DNA of 64,000 nucleotides from Patescibacteria group bacterium (GTDB taxonomy: Bacteria; Patescibacteriota; Patescibacteriia; PEXW01): assembly GCA_041665345.1 (NCBI GenBank), contig JBAYJA010000001.1, forward strand, positions 393,206 through 457,205. Reading direction: 5' to 3'. Under the pieces are notes generated by a model. It did not search any database. It was not told where the DNA came from and saw only the letters and a list, made by a program, of their open reading frames with translations. Positions 18,616-27,958 of the stretch are shown one piece after another. Position 1 is the first letter of the stretch. The number at the start of each line of letters is the position of its first letter. The position numbers and the translations under genes are program-made.

Positions 18616-20442
18616 TTACTTTTTGTCTCCTTTTTGAGCTTCGAGAAGCTTTTTTAGCTCCTCATCGCTCATGTTTTGAACGGTGCCGCGGGCTGTTTCG
18701 TTTTCCCGCTGCGTGGTTATGTGTGCTCGCTTCTCCAAGTTGGTTTCGTTCACCGCCTGTTGCGATTTTGAAACAACAATTTGTACCGAGGTATTATCGA
18801 ATCCCATCATTGGCACTATTGATTCGGGGGTATCGATATACTGGATGACGACTGTATCACCAACCTTGGTAATTGGAAGTTTCGGCGATAGTCCACTGGC
18901 TCCCGCAAATAGTTGTTCACCGTCTTGCAGAAGCAAAATGTAATGCGTTTCTGAGTTTTTATTCTCAGAAGCGAAACGCTGAACAATTCCGGTAATAGTT
19001 TCATTCTCGTGAGCTAATTCGGCAGCAATTTGGTGACCACTGCTAGCCAAAAGTTCTTGGTATTTCCGGAGTGCATCGTATTGGTCCTCGCCCTCAGCTA
19101 CCATCATCTTGTCTACCTCGACAATCGCCACTCCCAGAAAAGAATGGTTTTCACCGAGTAGTGGGACGATGGATGCCATTGTGCCGTAAATGTTATACAA
19201 CACTGGCCCAGAGCCATGCTGGTTTTTATAGGCAACTTTGTTATTCACTGCCTGTATTACACCAGCTTCGGTTCCACCTTTCGCTTTGTAGCGAATCGAA
19301 TTGCCGGTTCTCGAGTCAGTATAGATAAGACCCACCATTGACTCGTCCGCCGCTGCCGTTGAAGTGAGTGTGGTGACCCAATATGGTCTCCCATCGGAAC
19401 CATAGTTTATGCTCGGTGTCTCTCCCTCAATGATGTCTTTTTTTCCTAAGAAAGAATTCCACCAACTGATTGAGTACTGACCCATATCGTCAACATAGGT
19501 CTGTACAAAATCTTTTGGGATCACTCGATCAATCCACTCTGGTATGTTGCCGATTGCATACTCAGTTTTCTCGCCGGTTGTTGGATTGACAACAAGTACA
19601 CCGCGAACTTTTGGTCCCCAAAATGATATTGTAGGCTCAAAAATGGTAATGACCCAGTAAGGTTGTAGACTGTCATCAACTTCAAAAGAAAAGTCGCATA
19701 ATCCAATTCCTCTGTACCCATTGTTCCATAGGTACCGGGGCAAATTATTACCGAAGCACGCTTCATTCATGTAGACGAATTTGTGATTCAATTTAATTTG
19801 TACTGGGAAACGTGGATCCTCAGCGTCAACCATGACATAGCCCGGACTTACCTTAGCAGATGACCATTCCCAAAAACCATTAAATTCAAATGGCGCCACG
19901 TACCACAGTTGACCGTTGACGATCTGTAACGTCATGTGATCTTTCGATACATGAAATTGTGATCCTAGGGCACCAGGGGCATCGCCTAATTGCTTGTCGG
20001 CAAGCCATTCGGCGAGTTCCTTCGTTACCATTCTAATATCTTCAGGATTTTTTGGCTGGACGTCTTGTGTCCAGATCCTTTCTTCGACATCACCAATCAT
20101 GCGTGCATATTCGTCGGAATGGAACAAGCTACCGCCGTACATTGCAGTTATGATAATGATGGCAAATCCAATGACCGGAAATGCAAGGGAGAAATTGGGA
20201 TGAAACTCGTCTCTACTTGAATCAAAGCATGCTACTATCGCGCTGATGAGCCACAGAATGCAAACCATCATTCCATAGTAGCCAAAAAGCGGCCAGACCA
20301 TGGAGGGAAGAAATGACCAAATGATGAACCAATTGGCGAGTATGCTGATGATCACCGTAATGACCGCAGCAGCAGTTTTCCGAAAAATCAGCATGGGAAT
20401 CACGCCAATAATGGAAATAATAAATGCTAATAAGAACGACAT
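18616..20442 (-). CDS. AT-rich membrane protein (about 4 N-terminal TMs plus a large soluble domain)
   Basis: 608-aa ORF, AAGGAGG SD, own promoter-like TTGACA/TATTGT and own terminator. Confidence 0.8.
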   Translation of the reverse strand: MSFLLAFIISIIGVIPMLIFRKTAAAVITVIISILANWFIIWSFLPSMVWPLFGYYGMMVCILWLISAIVACFDSSRDEFHPNFSLAFPVIGFAIIIITAMYGGSLFHSDEYARMIGDVEERIWTQDVQPKNPEDIRMVTKELAEWLADKQLGDAPGALGSQFHVSKDHMTLQIVNGQLWYVAPFEFNGFWEWSSAKVSPGYVMVDAEDPRFPVQIKLNHKFVYMNEACFGNNLPRYLWNNGYRGIGLCDFSFEVDDSLQPYWVITIFEPTISFWGPKVRGVLVVNPTTGEKTEYAIGNIPEWIDRVIPKDFVQTYVDDMGQYSISWWNSFLGKKDIIEGETPSINYGSDGRPYWVTTLTSTAAADESMVGLIYTDSRTGNSIRYKAKGGTEAGVIQAVNNKVAYKNQHGSGPVLYNIYGTMASIVPLLGENHSFLGVAIVEVDKMMVAEGEDQYDALRKYQELLASSGHQIAAELAHENETITGIVQRFASENKNSETHYILLLQDGEQLFAGASGLSPKLPITKVGDTVVIQYIDTPESIVPMMGFDNTSVQIVVSKSQQAVNETNLEKRAHITTQRENETARGTVQNMSDEELKKLLEAQKGDKK

Positions 20443-20602
20443 GCGTTCCTCCTTCTTGAGTTACAGTTATTCAGTTTTCAATATTCAGTAGTTACTTCAA
20501 AAACATTCCACAATAGCATAGAGACGACAATTTGTCAACCCCAAGCCGGTGAACCCTTGCCATAGAATCGCGGACATGGTAGATTCATTGCGCTTTCTAT
20601 CT

Positions 20603-20692
20603 CACATACGTCCGGCCGCATTTCGGTGCGGCAGGCCTGCAATTCCTGGTTCCTGCACATGGGAACCCTGCGGGTACAAACGACGTAGCGGC
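20603..20692 (+). promoter_or_regulatory. rpsB (S2) autoregulatory leader RNA
   Basis: CACATACGTC...GACGTA closing stem with internal CGGTG and hairpins, immediately upstream of rpsB. Confidence 0.65.
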
Positions 20693-20713
20693 TAATTTCG
20701 AAAGGATAACACT

Positions 20714-21451
20714 ATGCGCGAGGTCACACTCCTCGAAATGCTCCAAAAGGGCGTCCACTTCGGGCACCAGGAATCACGCTGGAACCCCAAGATGGATCAG
20801 TACATCTTCACGTCCCGCAACGGGATTCACATCATTAACCTGGAATCCACCTTGGCCAAGCTTCAGGCCGCGGCCGTGTTTGCGCAGACCGTGGGTAAAG
20901 GTGGTGGCAACGTGCTCTTCGTGGGCACCAAGCGCCAGGCCAAGGACATTGTGCGCCGGGCAGCAGAAGACTGCGGCATGCCCTTTGCCGTGGAACGTTG
21001 GATTGGCGGCACACTGACCAACTTCAGCACCATTCACGAGCTCATCAAGAAGCTCCGCCGGCTGAAGAGCGAGAAGTCGGTTGGCTTGTTTGAAAAGTAC
21101 ACCAAGAAAGAACGCCTGAGCTTCCAAGATGAAATTGAAAAATTGCAACGGGATATTGGCGGCATGGAGTATATGGACACTCTGCCTGCAGCCTTGTTCG
21201 TGGTTGACGCGGCGAAAGAGCGGACGGCAGTGCGTGAAGCGCGGAAGATGAACATTCCGATTATTGCCATGTGCGACACGAACGCCAATCCTGACGCCGT
21301 GCAGTACGCCATTCCCGCGAATGACGATGCCACCAAGTCCATTGACCTGGTTGCCACTGTGCTGGCTGAAGCGATTGCCGAAGGGAAGAAGCTGATGCCT
21401 GCTACCGCACCTGCTGCGGCACCAGCGGTTCCCGCAACCCCAACCGTCTAA
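20714..21451 (+). CDS. rpsB: 30S ribosomal protein S2
   Basis: GVHFGHQ, WNPKM, FVGTK, RWIGGTLTN, IPANDD. Confidence 0.98.
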   Translation: MREVTLLEMLQKGVHFGHQESRWNPKMDQYIFTSRNGIHIINLESTLAKLQAAAVFAQTVGKGGGNVLFVGTKRQAKDIVRRAAEDCGMPFAVERWIGGTLTNFSTIHELIKKLRRLKSEKSVGLFEKYTKKERLSFQDEIEKLQRDIGGMEYMDTLPAALFVVDAAKERTAVREARKMNIPIIAMCDTNANPDAVQYAIPANDDATKSIDLVATVLAEAIAEGKKLMPATAPAAAPAVPATPTV

Positions 21452-21473
21452 CCATTTTCCAAGGAACACTCCT

Positions 21474-22055
21474 ATGCCCGTATCCATTTCCGATATCCAA
21501 ACCCTACGTGAACGTACTGGTGTTGGCATGATGGATGCCAAGAAGGCATTGGAAGCGCACAACGGCGATATTGACGCGGCCATCACCGAGCTCCGGAAGT
21601 CTGGCCAGAAAGTGGCTGACGCGAAGCAGAGCCGCCAAACCCGAGAAGGGGTGATTGGTACCTACGTGCACTCGAACAACAAGGTTGTGGGCGTCATTGC
21701 CCTGGCGTGTGAAACTGACTTCGTTGCCCGCACCGAAGCTTTCCAAGAGTTGGCGCATGAGCTGGCTATGCACGTGGCGGCCATGTCACCAATCTACGTG
21801 AGCAGTGAGGACATTCCCGCAGACGTGCTGGCGAAGGAAGAGGAAATTGCCAAGAGCCAAGCCGCGGGGAAACCGGAAGCTGTGGTCGCAAATATTGTTG
21901 CTGGGAAAATTCGAAAGTACGCGGAAGACCATTGCTTGCTGGACCAGGCGTACTTCAAGGATGACAGCCTGCGCGTGCGTGATGTCATTGGTGCGGCAGT
22001 GCAACGCTTGGGTGAGAATATCCAAGTTCGCAGCATTGCCCGGCACGCTCTGTAA
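21474..22055 (+). CDS. tsf: Elongation factor Ts (short form)
   Basis: LRERTGVGMMDAKKAL, CETDFVA, LGENIQV. Confidence 0.96.
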   Translation: MPVSISDIQTLRERTGVGMMDAKKALEAHNGDIDAAITELRKSGQKVADAKQSRQTREGVIGTYVHSNNKVVGVIALACETDFVARTEAFQELAHELAMHVAAMSPIYVSSEDIPADVLAKEEEIAKSQAAGKPEAVVANIVAGKIRKYAEDHCLLDQAYFKDDSLRVRDVIGAAVQRLGENIQVRSIARHAL

Positions 22056-22058
22056 GGT

Positions 22059-22982
22059 ATGCTCACGGACTGGATTCTCCTGGGGATTTTCGCAGCAGCA
22101 GTCATTACCTGCGCGGTTATCATCTGGCGAAAATTGCCAACCCTGGCTGGCATCCGCATTGAAGCAACAGCAAAATTTCAAAACGAAGCAAAGAAGCAAG
22201 CTATTCTTGACCAACGGTTACAGCAGAAGCTGGGTACGGTGGAAGCGGCGATTGCCCGCAATGCCAAACGCGTGTTTGCGAAGGGTATGACAGGGATGCA
22301 GCGTCTGCGTCAGCACTTGGTCAAGATGGAACGCGAGTACCGGCGGAAAGTCATGGCGCAGAAGTCGTTGGAAGATCCACTGGCACTTCGGTCCCGCGTC
22401 GCAACTGGACTGGCTGATGCGCAAGCCGCTTTTGAACGGGAAGAGTACGCCCGGGCAGAGCAGCTGTACGTGGATGTGGTGAGCCTGGATCCAAAGAATG
22501 CAGATGCGTACCTGGGTTTGGCTGACGTGGCCATGGCGCAGAAGAATTACCCCAACGCCCGGGAAGCTCTGCAATTCGTGCTCAAACTCCGGTCGTCCAG
22601 TGACGGCGCCTACTCTCGCCTGGGGCACATTGCCAGCGAAGAGGGGAAGCTGGCTGAAGCGGAAGCTGATCTCTTACAATCCGTGGCCCTGAATGCAAAA
22701 GTGGCCAGTACGCAGTTTGACCTGGGGTTAGTAGAAGAGCAACTCGGTAACCAAGACCGAGCCACTGCAGCCCTGCGTGAGGCCGTGATGCTGGAACCGG
22801 CAAACCCAAAGTACTTGGATGGTGTGCTAGAGTACGCGCTCCGACGGCAGGATCGCGCCCTGGCTGAGGAAAACTTGGCCCGCTTGCGCGAAGCAAACCC
22901 AGAAAACCAGAAGATTGTGGAATTTGCTGAACGTATTGCCGCACTGCCAGAAAAAAAAGCCGAAACCAAAACAGCAAAGTAG
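22059..22982 (+). CDS. Membrane-anchored TPR protein
   Basis: N-terminal TM followed by TPR repeats (LDPKNADAYLGLA, LEPANPKY). Confidence 0.88.
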   Translation: MLTDWILLGIFAAAVITCAVIIWRKLPTLAGIRIEATAKFQNEAKKQAILDQRLQQKLGTVEAAIARNAKRVFAKGMTGMQRLRQHLVKMEREYRRKVMAQKSLEDPLALRSRVATGLADAQAAFEREEYARAEQLYVDVVSLDPKNADAYLGLADVAMAQKNYPNAREALQFVLKLRSSSDGAYSRLGHIASEEGKLAEAEADLLQSVALNAKVASTQFDLGLVEEQLGNQDRATAALREAVMLEPANPKYLDGVLEYALRRQDRALAEENLARLREANPENQKIVEFAERIAALPEKKAETKTAK

Positions 22983-23021
22983 GGGAGAGAGATTTCCAAT
23001 TTGGCAGAGTTAGTCTATTAC

Positions 23022-23104
23022 GCCCACGTAGTCCCGCCCTCGACACAGAAGTGTCGGGGCGAGGATCCACGACCCCGCTGCGGGGTCGGGACTCAGTGGT
23101 AGAG
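23022..23104 (+). pseudogene. Duplicate of the first 23 nt of tRNA-Thr(GGT), split by a 60-nt double-hairpin insert
   Basis: GCCCACGTAG [23032-23091] CTCAGTGGTAGAG matches 23143-23165 exactly. Confidence 0.8.
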
Positions 23105-23142
23105 TAAAAGCAGATCATTACAATCGAGGTTTTAATATTTAT

Positions 23143-23217
23143 GCCCACGTAGCTCAGTGGTAGAGCAGCTCCATGGTAAGGAGCAGGTCAGCAGTTCAAA
23201 TCTGCTCGTGGGCTCCA
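23143..23217 (+). tRNA. tRNA-Thr(GGT)
   Basis: Full cloverleaf; anticodon loop ATGGTAA; encoded TCCA end. Confidence 0.97.
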
Positions 23218-23377
23218 GCCTTCGCCCTATGAGGACTACGGCTGGCAAGCCATCCGAAGTCACGCTCAGGCGGGACGAAGGATTGGCAAGCCAGCAATGT
23301 TTATTGGTAAAGTGTATCTTTTTGCATGAGAATGTTGGCGAAGGCTGTCCTCCATAGCTTCTGAGCGACGGAGGACA
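23218..23377 (+). repeat. tRNA-trailer repeat family A, long form
   Basis: GCCTTCGCC...GGCGAAGGC-TGTCCTCC...GGAGGACA; near-identical to 23498-23660 except a ~40-nt segment. Confidence 0.9.
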
Positions 23378-23422
23378 AAAAAAGTTTGTCATCAGCCCAC
23401 AGAGACAGGAGAACGTGCGTAC

Positions 23423-23497
23423 GCCCGAGTAGCTCAGTGGTAGAGCAATCGCTTCGTAAGCGATGGGTCGGAGGTTCGACTCCTCTCTCGGGCTCCA
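23423..23497 (+). tRNA. tRNA-Thr(CGT)
   Basis: Cloverleaf; loop TTCGTAA; TCCA end. Confidence 0.97.
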
Positions 23498-23660
23498 GCC
23501 TTCGCCCTCGGAGGGCTTCGGCTGGCAAGCCATCCGAAGTCACGCTCAGGCGGGACGAAGGATTGGCAGGCCAGCTATGTACCTCATGGAGTAGTCCTTC
23601 GTAGAGAATAAGGCAAGTCGGCGAAGGCTGTCCTCCATAGCTTCCGAGCGACGGAGGACA
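23498..23660 (+). repeat. tRNA-trailer repeat family A, long form
   Basis: Second copy, also starting at the base after CCA. Confidence 0.9.
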
Positions 23661-23746
23661 CAAAGTGTGTACTAAGGTATCGGCTGGTTAACCAGCACAA
23701 TTGGTTCTGTAAAATTCATTCATCACCTCATTCCTGAAATATTCCT

Positions 23747-23902
23747 ATGTCTCAAGATAATCTGATTAAGTTAGAGTGCACCGTGTGCAAGCATGTGAAT
23801 TACCACACGCACAAAAATGTGAAAACCATTAAGGTGCGTTTGCAATTGAAAAAGCACTGCACCTGGTGCGGCAAGCACACGCTACACAAAGAGTCCAAGT
23901 AA
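23747..23902 (+). CDS. rpmG: 50S ribosomal protein L33
   Basis: MSQDNLIKLECTVCKHVNYHTHKN...LKKHCTWCGKHTLHKESK (51 aa; not in the ORF track). Confidence 0.95.
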   Translation: MSQDNLIKLECTVCKHVNYHTHKNVKTIKVRLQLKKHCTWCGKHTLHKESK

Positions 23903-23907
23903 AGCAC

Positions 23908-24459
23908 ATGCTCCGAGCAGAAGCTGAGGCGTTGCTGCACGAGTTCACGAAGAATGTAAACCTCCGCAAGCACGCGCTGTGCGTTGAGGCGGTCATGCGT
24001 TTCTACGCCAAAAAGTTTGGCGAAAATGAGGAGCAGTGGGGGATTGTCGGACTCCTTCATGACTTTGATTACGAAATTCATCCGACTATAGCCGAACATC
24101 CCCAGAATGGTTCGGCAATTTTACGGGAACGCGGCGTAGCAGAAGAGGTCATCCATGCCATTCTGGCACACGCTCCACATACTGGTGAGCCGTGGGATAC
24201 GCAACTGAAGAAAACTATTTTTGCAGCTGATGAACTGGCTGGTTTCGTGGTCGCGGTGGCGTTAGTTCGGCCCAACAAGAAGCTATCTGAAGTTACAGTG
24301 GAAAGCGTGTTGAAGAAGTTGAAATCTTCCGCATTTGCTGCCAATGTGAGTAGGGAGGAGATTACCCAAGGCGTGAAAGAGTTGGGCATCCCCCTAGAAA
24401 GTCACGTCCAAAACACCATTCAGGCTTTACAAGGCATTAGTGATACACTGGGGTTGTAG
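23908..24459 (+). CDS. HD/HDIG-domain hydrolase
   Basis: LRKHALCVE, GLLHDFDYE, AADELAGF, FAANVSR. Confidence 0.9.
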   Translation: MLRAEAEALLHEFTKNVNLRKHALCVEAVMRFYAKKFGENEEQWGIVGLLHDFDYEIHPTIAEHPQNGSAILRERGVAEEVIHAILAHAPHTGEPWDTQLKKTIFAADELAGFVVAVALVRPNKKLSEVTVESVLKKLKSSAFAANVSREEITQGVKELGIPLESHVQNTIQALQGISDTLGL

Positions 24460-24476
24460 TTTACCAAGTTAACTGT

Positions 24477-24551
24477 GGGGGCATGGTGAAACGGCTATCA
24501 CAGCGGTCTCCAAAACCGCTATTCAAGGTTCGAATCCTTGTGCCCCCGCCA
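24477..24551 (+). tRNA. tRNA-Trp(CCA)
   Basis: Cloverleaf; loop CTCCAAA; GCCA end. Confidence 0.96.
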
Positions 24552-24616
24552 GCCTTCGCTCTCAAGCTTTGTTGAGAGCGAAGGCTGTCCTCCGTAGCTC
24601 ATAGCGTAGGAGGACA
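24552..24616 (+). repeat. tRNA-trailer repeat family A, short form
   Basis: GCCTTCGCTCTCAA..TTGAGAGCGAAGGC-TGTCCTCC..GGAGGACA. Confidence 0.88.
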
Positions 24617-24661
24617 CCTCCTGGATCTTTTTGAAAATGTGGTTTCCCATGCGACGGCGGG

Positions 24662-24737
24662 CAAAACCGCTATTCAAGGTTCCCTGTCCACCGAACTTCG
24701 TAAGCGAAGGTAGGTGGGGAATCCTTGTTCCCCTGCA
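24662..24737 (+). pseudogene. Duplicate of the 3' half of tRNA-Trp with a 36-nt insert in the T-loop
   Basis: CAAAACCGCTATTCAAGGTTC [24683-24718] GAATCCTTGT matches the tRNA; acceptor end degenerate. Confidence 0.8.
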
Positions 24738-24791
24738 AAGAGAGCCAAGTATCGGTAGACTCTAGTGGTTCAATAACAATAAAGCTTTGCC

Positions 24792-25373
24792 ATGAATCTT
24801 AAGCTGATATTTGGAATAATTTCTACGGTTTTCGCAATCGTCTGTTTTCTGCCGTACTTTAAGGATATATTCGCAAAGAAAACAAAACCTCACATCTATT
24901 CGTGGCTGGTATGGAGTATTCTTCAATCAGTTGGCGTTGTGGCAATTGTCCGTGGGGGAGGACATTTTGGCGCTCTTGGCTTAGCCGTTGGGGCATTATT
25001 TTGTATTTCAATATTTTTTCTTTCGTTTAAGTACGGAACAAAGAATATTACACGGTTTGATACACTCTGTCTTATTGGGTCAATCGCCACTATTATTGTT
25101 TGGTTGCTGCAACATAATCCCACGCTTTCAGTAATTCTAGTGACCCTAATCGACTTTGTTGCATTTCTTCCTACCTACCGAAAAGGGTATGTTGACCCAA
25201 ATAGTGAAACCGTTCCCACATACCTATTAAGTGCAATTTCAAATGTTTTCGCACTACTAGCTATCGCAAGTTATTCGCTGGTCACGTCACTCTATGTATC
25301 GAGCTTGGTAGTATCGAACGGAATTATTGTGCTGATACTCATCCTCCGGAAAAAATATTTACGTCCGATTTAA
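24792..25373 (+). CDS. Multi-pass membrane protein
   Basis: 193 aa, about 7 TMs, AT-rich. Confidence 0.8.
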   Translation: MNLKLIFGIISTVFAIVCFLPYFKDIFAKKTKPHIYSWLVWSILQSVGVVAIVRGGGHFGALGLAVGALFCISIFFLSFKYGTKNITRFDTLCLIGSIATIIVWLLQHNPTLSVILVTLIDFVAFLPTYRKGYVDPNSETVPTYLLSAISNVFALLAIASYSLVTSLYVSSLVVSNGIIVLILILRKKYLRPI

Positions 25374-25528
25374 TTTTCCGGGGGCGACCCACGTTCCTCA
25401 TTTTTCCATAGAAAAATCGTAAGAAAAGCCGTATAATACAGCTCTGGCAGTGCTGCTTAACGAGTACTCCTTCGCACCGCTTAGTCTATGCTACGTTCGC
25501 GAGGACCCCAGAAGAACTGAGTCACCAT

Positions 25529-26137
25529 ATGACCGAACCGAAACCACGTGCTGTACTCTTCGATGCTGATGGAGTGACGATTATTCCCCAGGCGCCGTTT
25601 TCCGTGCAGTATGCTGCAGCGCATGGACTTGATGCCAAAGTGCTTGGGTCTTTTTTTGATGAGCGTTTTGGTGAGGCGCTCATTGGGAAGCGTGATCTCA
25701 AAGAGCTCCTGGAAGAGCGTCGTGCACTCTGGCAATGGGATGGCTCCATGGAAGACCTTTTGAAGCAGTGGTTTGCAGCGGAGAATGTGAGAAACGAAGC
25801 ATTGGTAACGCTCATCCAACAAGCCAGGAAAAATGGGATTCGGTGCTACCTTGCTACAAACCAAGAGAAGTATCGCACGCAGTTTATCAAGGAAAGTATG
25901 TTCCCTGGGGTATTTGATAAAGTATTTTCTTCGGCGGATATTGGGGTCAAAAAACCAGATCCAAAGTATTACAGGTTTATCATTGATGAATTACGTCGTT
26001 CTCAGGTCATTACCGAGCCGGGCGACCTGGCGTATTTTGATGACCAGTCTTCAAATGTGGAGTCAGCTGGAAAGCTGGGGATACGTGCATACCTCTATTC
26101 CGACGTTTCTCAGGTAGAGAAGTTGTTGCAGTTGTAA
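25529..26137 (+). CDS. HAD-IA hydrolase
   Basis: FDADGV, ATN, KKPDP, FDD. Confidence 0.9.
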   Translation: MTEPKPRAVLFDADGVTIIPQAPFSVQYAAAHGLDAKVLGSFFDERFGEALIGKRDLKELLEERRALWQWDGSMEDLLKQWFAAENVRNEALVTLIQQARKNGIRCYLATNQEKYRTQFIKESMFPGVFDKVFSSADIGVKKPDPKYYRFIIDELRRSQVITEPGDLAYFDDQSSNVESAGKLGIRAYLYSDVSQVEKLLQL

Positions 26138-26147
26138 TTCCATTACT

Positions 26148-26744
26148 ATGACAAAATATTTTGTTAATTCCGGTGGACTATCCAACAAGCCTGAACTCGC
26201 AAAAAAATTCTACAATGAATTGCTGAAGGAATTTGGCACAAAACCCAAAGTATTGCTCTGCTATTTTGCAGTACCGCGAGAAGATTGGGATGAAAAGTAT
26301 AAACAGGGGATAGAGAGAATTCGTGCGGCGGTTACAAACGGTGTTGAACCGATTTTTGATATTGCATTTCCCGATACTTTTGAGAAGCAGGTTGTTGACG
26401 CTGACGCAGTGTACATTAGCGGTGGAGATGATCTCTTATTGCAATATTGGTTACGGCAGTTTGATTTGCAGAAAATATTTCAAGGAAAAACTATTGGTAC
26501 AAGTTCAGCAAGTTCCCATGCAATGGCAAAACATTTTTGGACCTGTGACTGGCGAAAATGTATGGATGGACTTGGGATACTTCCAATAAAATTTCTAGCT
26601 CACTATAAGTCTGCATACGGCCAAGATGATTTACGTGGTCCCATTGATTGGGACAAGGCATATGCAGAGCTTTCGAACTATGGCGATGCATCCCTACCCA
26701 TTCATGCACTTAAAGAAGGATATTTTGTGGTGATTGAGGTCTAG
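26148..26744 (+). CDS. Peptidase S51 / class I glutamine amidotransferase-like protein
   Basis: DAVYISGGD, GTSSAS, GLGILP, AHY. Confidence 0.75.
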   Translation: MTKYFVNSGGLSNKPELAKKFYNELLKEFGTKPKVLLCYFAVPREDWDEKYKQGIERIRAAVTNGVEPIFDIAFPDTFEKQVVDADAVYISGGDDLLLQYWLRQFDLQKIFQGKTIGTSSASSHAMAKHFWTCDWRKCMDGLGILPIKFLAHYKSAYGQDDLRGPIDWDKAYAELSNYGDASLPIHALKEGYFVVIEV

Positions 26745-26805
26745 CGAGTATTAGGAAGACTGGTTCCCAAACACATTATCAAATGACGTATTGTAAAAGC
26801 ACCGC

Positions 26806-27600
26806 ATGATCCAGACGCTATTTCAGAAATTTGTCCAAGCTATTTTCCGACCCAAAGTTCGGAAGTTTGAGCATACAATTGGGTATGCGCTCGCTTTTCG
26901 GAAGATTCCTGGCCGTTTTATTCAGGGCATGGTTGAGTGGGACATAACGAATACATTTAAGAAATTTGGAATCAATGTGGAAGAAGGGGTTGATTACTGG
27001 ACCATGGGGCATATTGTGCATGGCAGTTCTACTCGATTTGACCGACATGCCCCGGAGTATCAAGCCTGGCTTGGAGGATATATCGTGAAGCTCCCATCGC
27101 AAAAAACCTGGACAGTACAGGATCATTTTCAGTTGGCGATCGCTGACCAAAACAGTTGGCTGCATACCTTTGGCGATCCGCAACCAATGACCTCCATTGA
27201 AGGATGGGAATTTACGACTAGCGGTTCACTTACCGCCGGTCAGTATGTCGGCCAGCTCTACGAAGGTGGCTGTACAACCCACAGTGATGTTGGCAATGGC
27301 ACACCCTCTTTGAAGCTCCGTCTTGAGTCTGATGTCATGGCTGACTTATTTAACCTTTCCAATCCTGACTTGCATATCACAGGGAAAATGTTGCTTCCAG
27401 GCATAGCCCCAAATCCTTACGAAACCTTGAGACTTCGAGGCTATGTAGCAATTTTTCATGTAGACGACAATGTGAAAGTTGTACTGTATGGAAACGGTGC
27501 AATTGTCCAAACTCCGGAGCGTACTGTTGATACGTTTGAAGTTTTGAAGCATGATTTGCTTGCAGCTATGCAATCCTGCGAGATTACAAAGATAGCTTGA
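26806..27600 (+). CDS. Hypothetical protein
   Basis: 264-aa ORF in a co-oriented run. Confidence 0.75.
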   Translation: MIQTLFQKFVQAIFRPKVRKFEHTIGYALAFRKIPGRFIQGMVEWDITNTFKKFGINVEEGVDYWTMGHIVHGSSTRFDRHAPEYQAWLGGYIVKLPSQKTWTVQDHFQLAIADQNSWLHTFGDPQPMTSIEGWEFTTSGSLTAGQYVGQLYEGGCTTHSDVGNGTPSLKLRLESDVMADLFNLSNPDLHITGKMLLPGIAPNPYETLRLRGYVAIFHVDDNVKVVLYGNGAIVQTPERTVDTFEVLKHDLLAAMQSCEITKIA

Positions 27601-27627
27601 ACTCATAAATATTTATCAAAGAGATAC

Positions 27628-27957
27628 ATGTCTCTAGTCCTCATCGCACAGTTCTTCATAGCCGCAACAGTCAGTTTTTTGCTATGCAAAATTTTCCTTG
27701 GCAAGTACGAGGGTGATAAAATTGGGCGGTCTATTCGGCCCAAGCTTGGAAAGTATAGAGTGCATATCCACCATTGGATTTGGCTCTCGGTTGCACTGAT
27801 CATTCTCCTCGTCGTTAATGTGCATCATCCAGTACTTCTTGGCCTTATTGTTGGCTCCATTATCCAAGGCCTACTGTACAGAGACAGGTTCATCATCGTC
27901 TATCAAGACAAAGATTTCGAAAAGATATACTCGAAGTATAGAAAAATCCCCAGCTAA
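27628..27957 (+). CDS. Small membrane protein
   Basis: HIHHW motif between TM helices. Confidence 0.7.
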   Translation: MSLVLIAQFFIAATVSFLLCKIFLGKYEGDKIGRSIRPKLGKYRVHIHHWIWLSVALIILLVVNVHHPVLLGLIVGSIIQGLLYRDRFIIVYQDKDFEKIYSKYRKIPS

Positions 27958-27958
27958 T

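Noticed and set aside
22983-23142. Cognate-codon leader peptides upstream of the other tRNAs (Thr, Trp, Gly, Gln)
   Set aside because: Checked by eye; no uORF plus terminator arrangement like that at tRNA-Asn was found.
23218-23660. CRISPR array interpretation of the repeat/variable pattern
   Set aside because: Only two units, separated by tRNA genes; repeats are long and multi-hairpin; no cas genes in the window.
24477-24551. Alternative genetic code (UGA reassigned)
   Set aside because: TGA terminates clear genes (thrS, rodA, ftsE) and the tRNA anticodons are standard.
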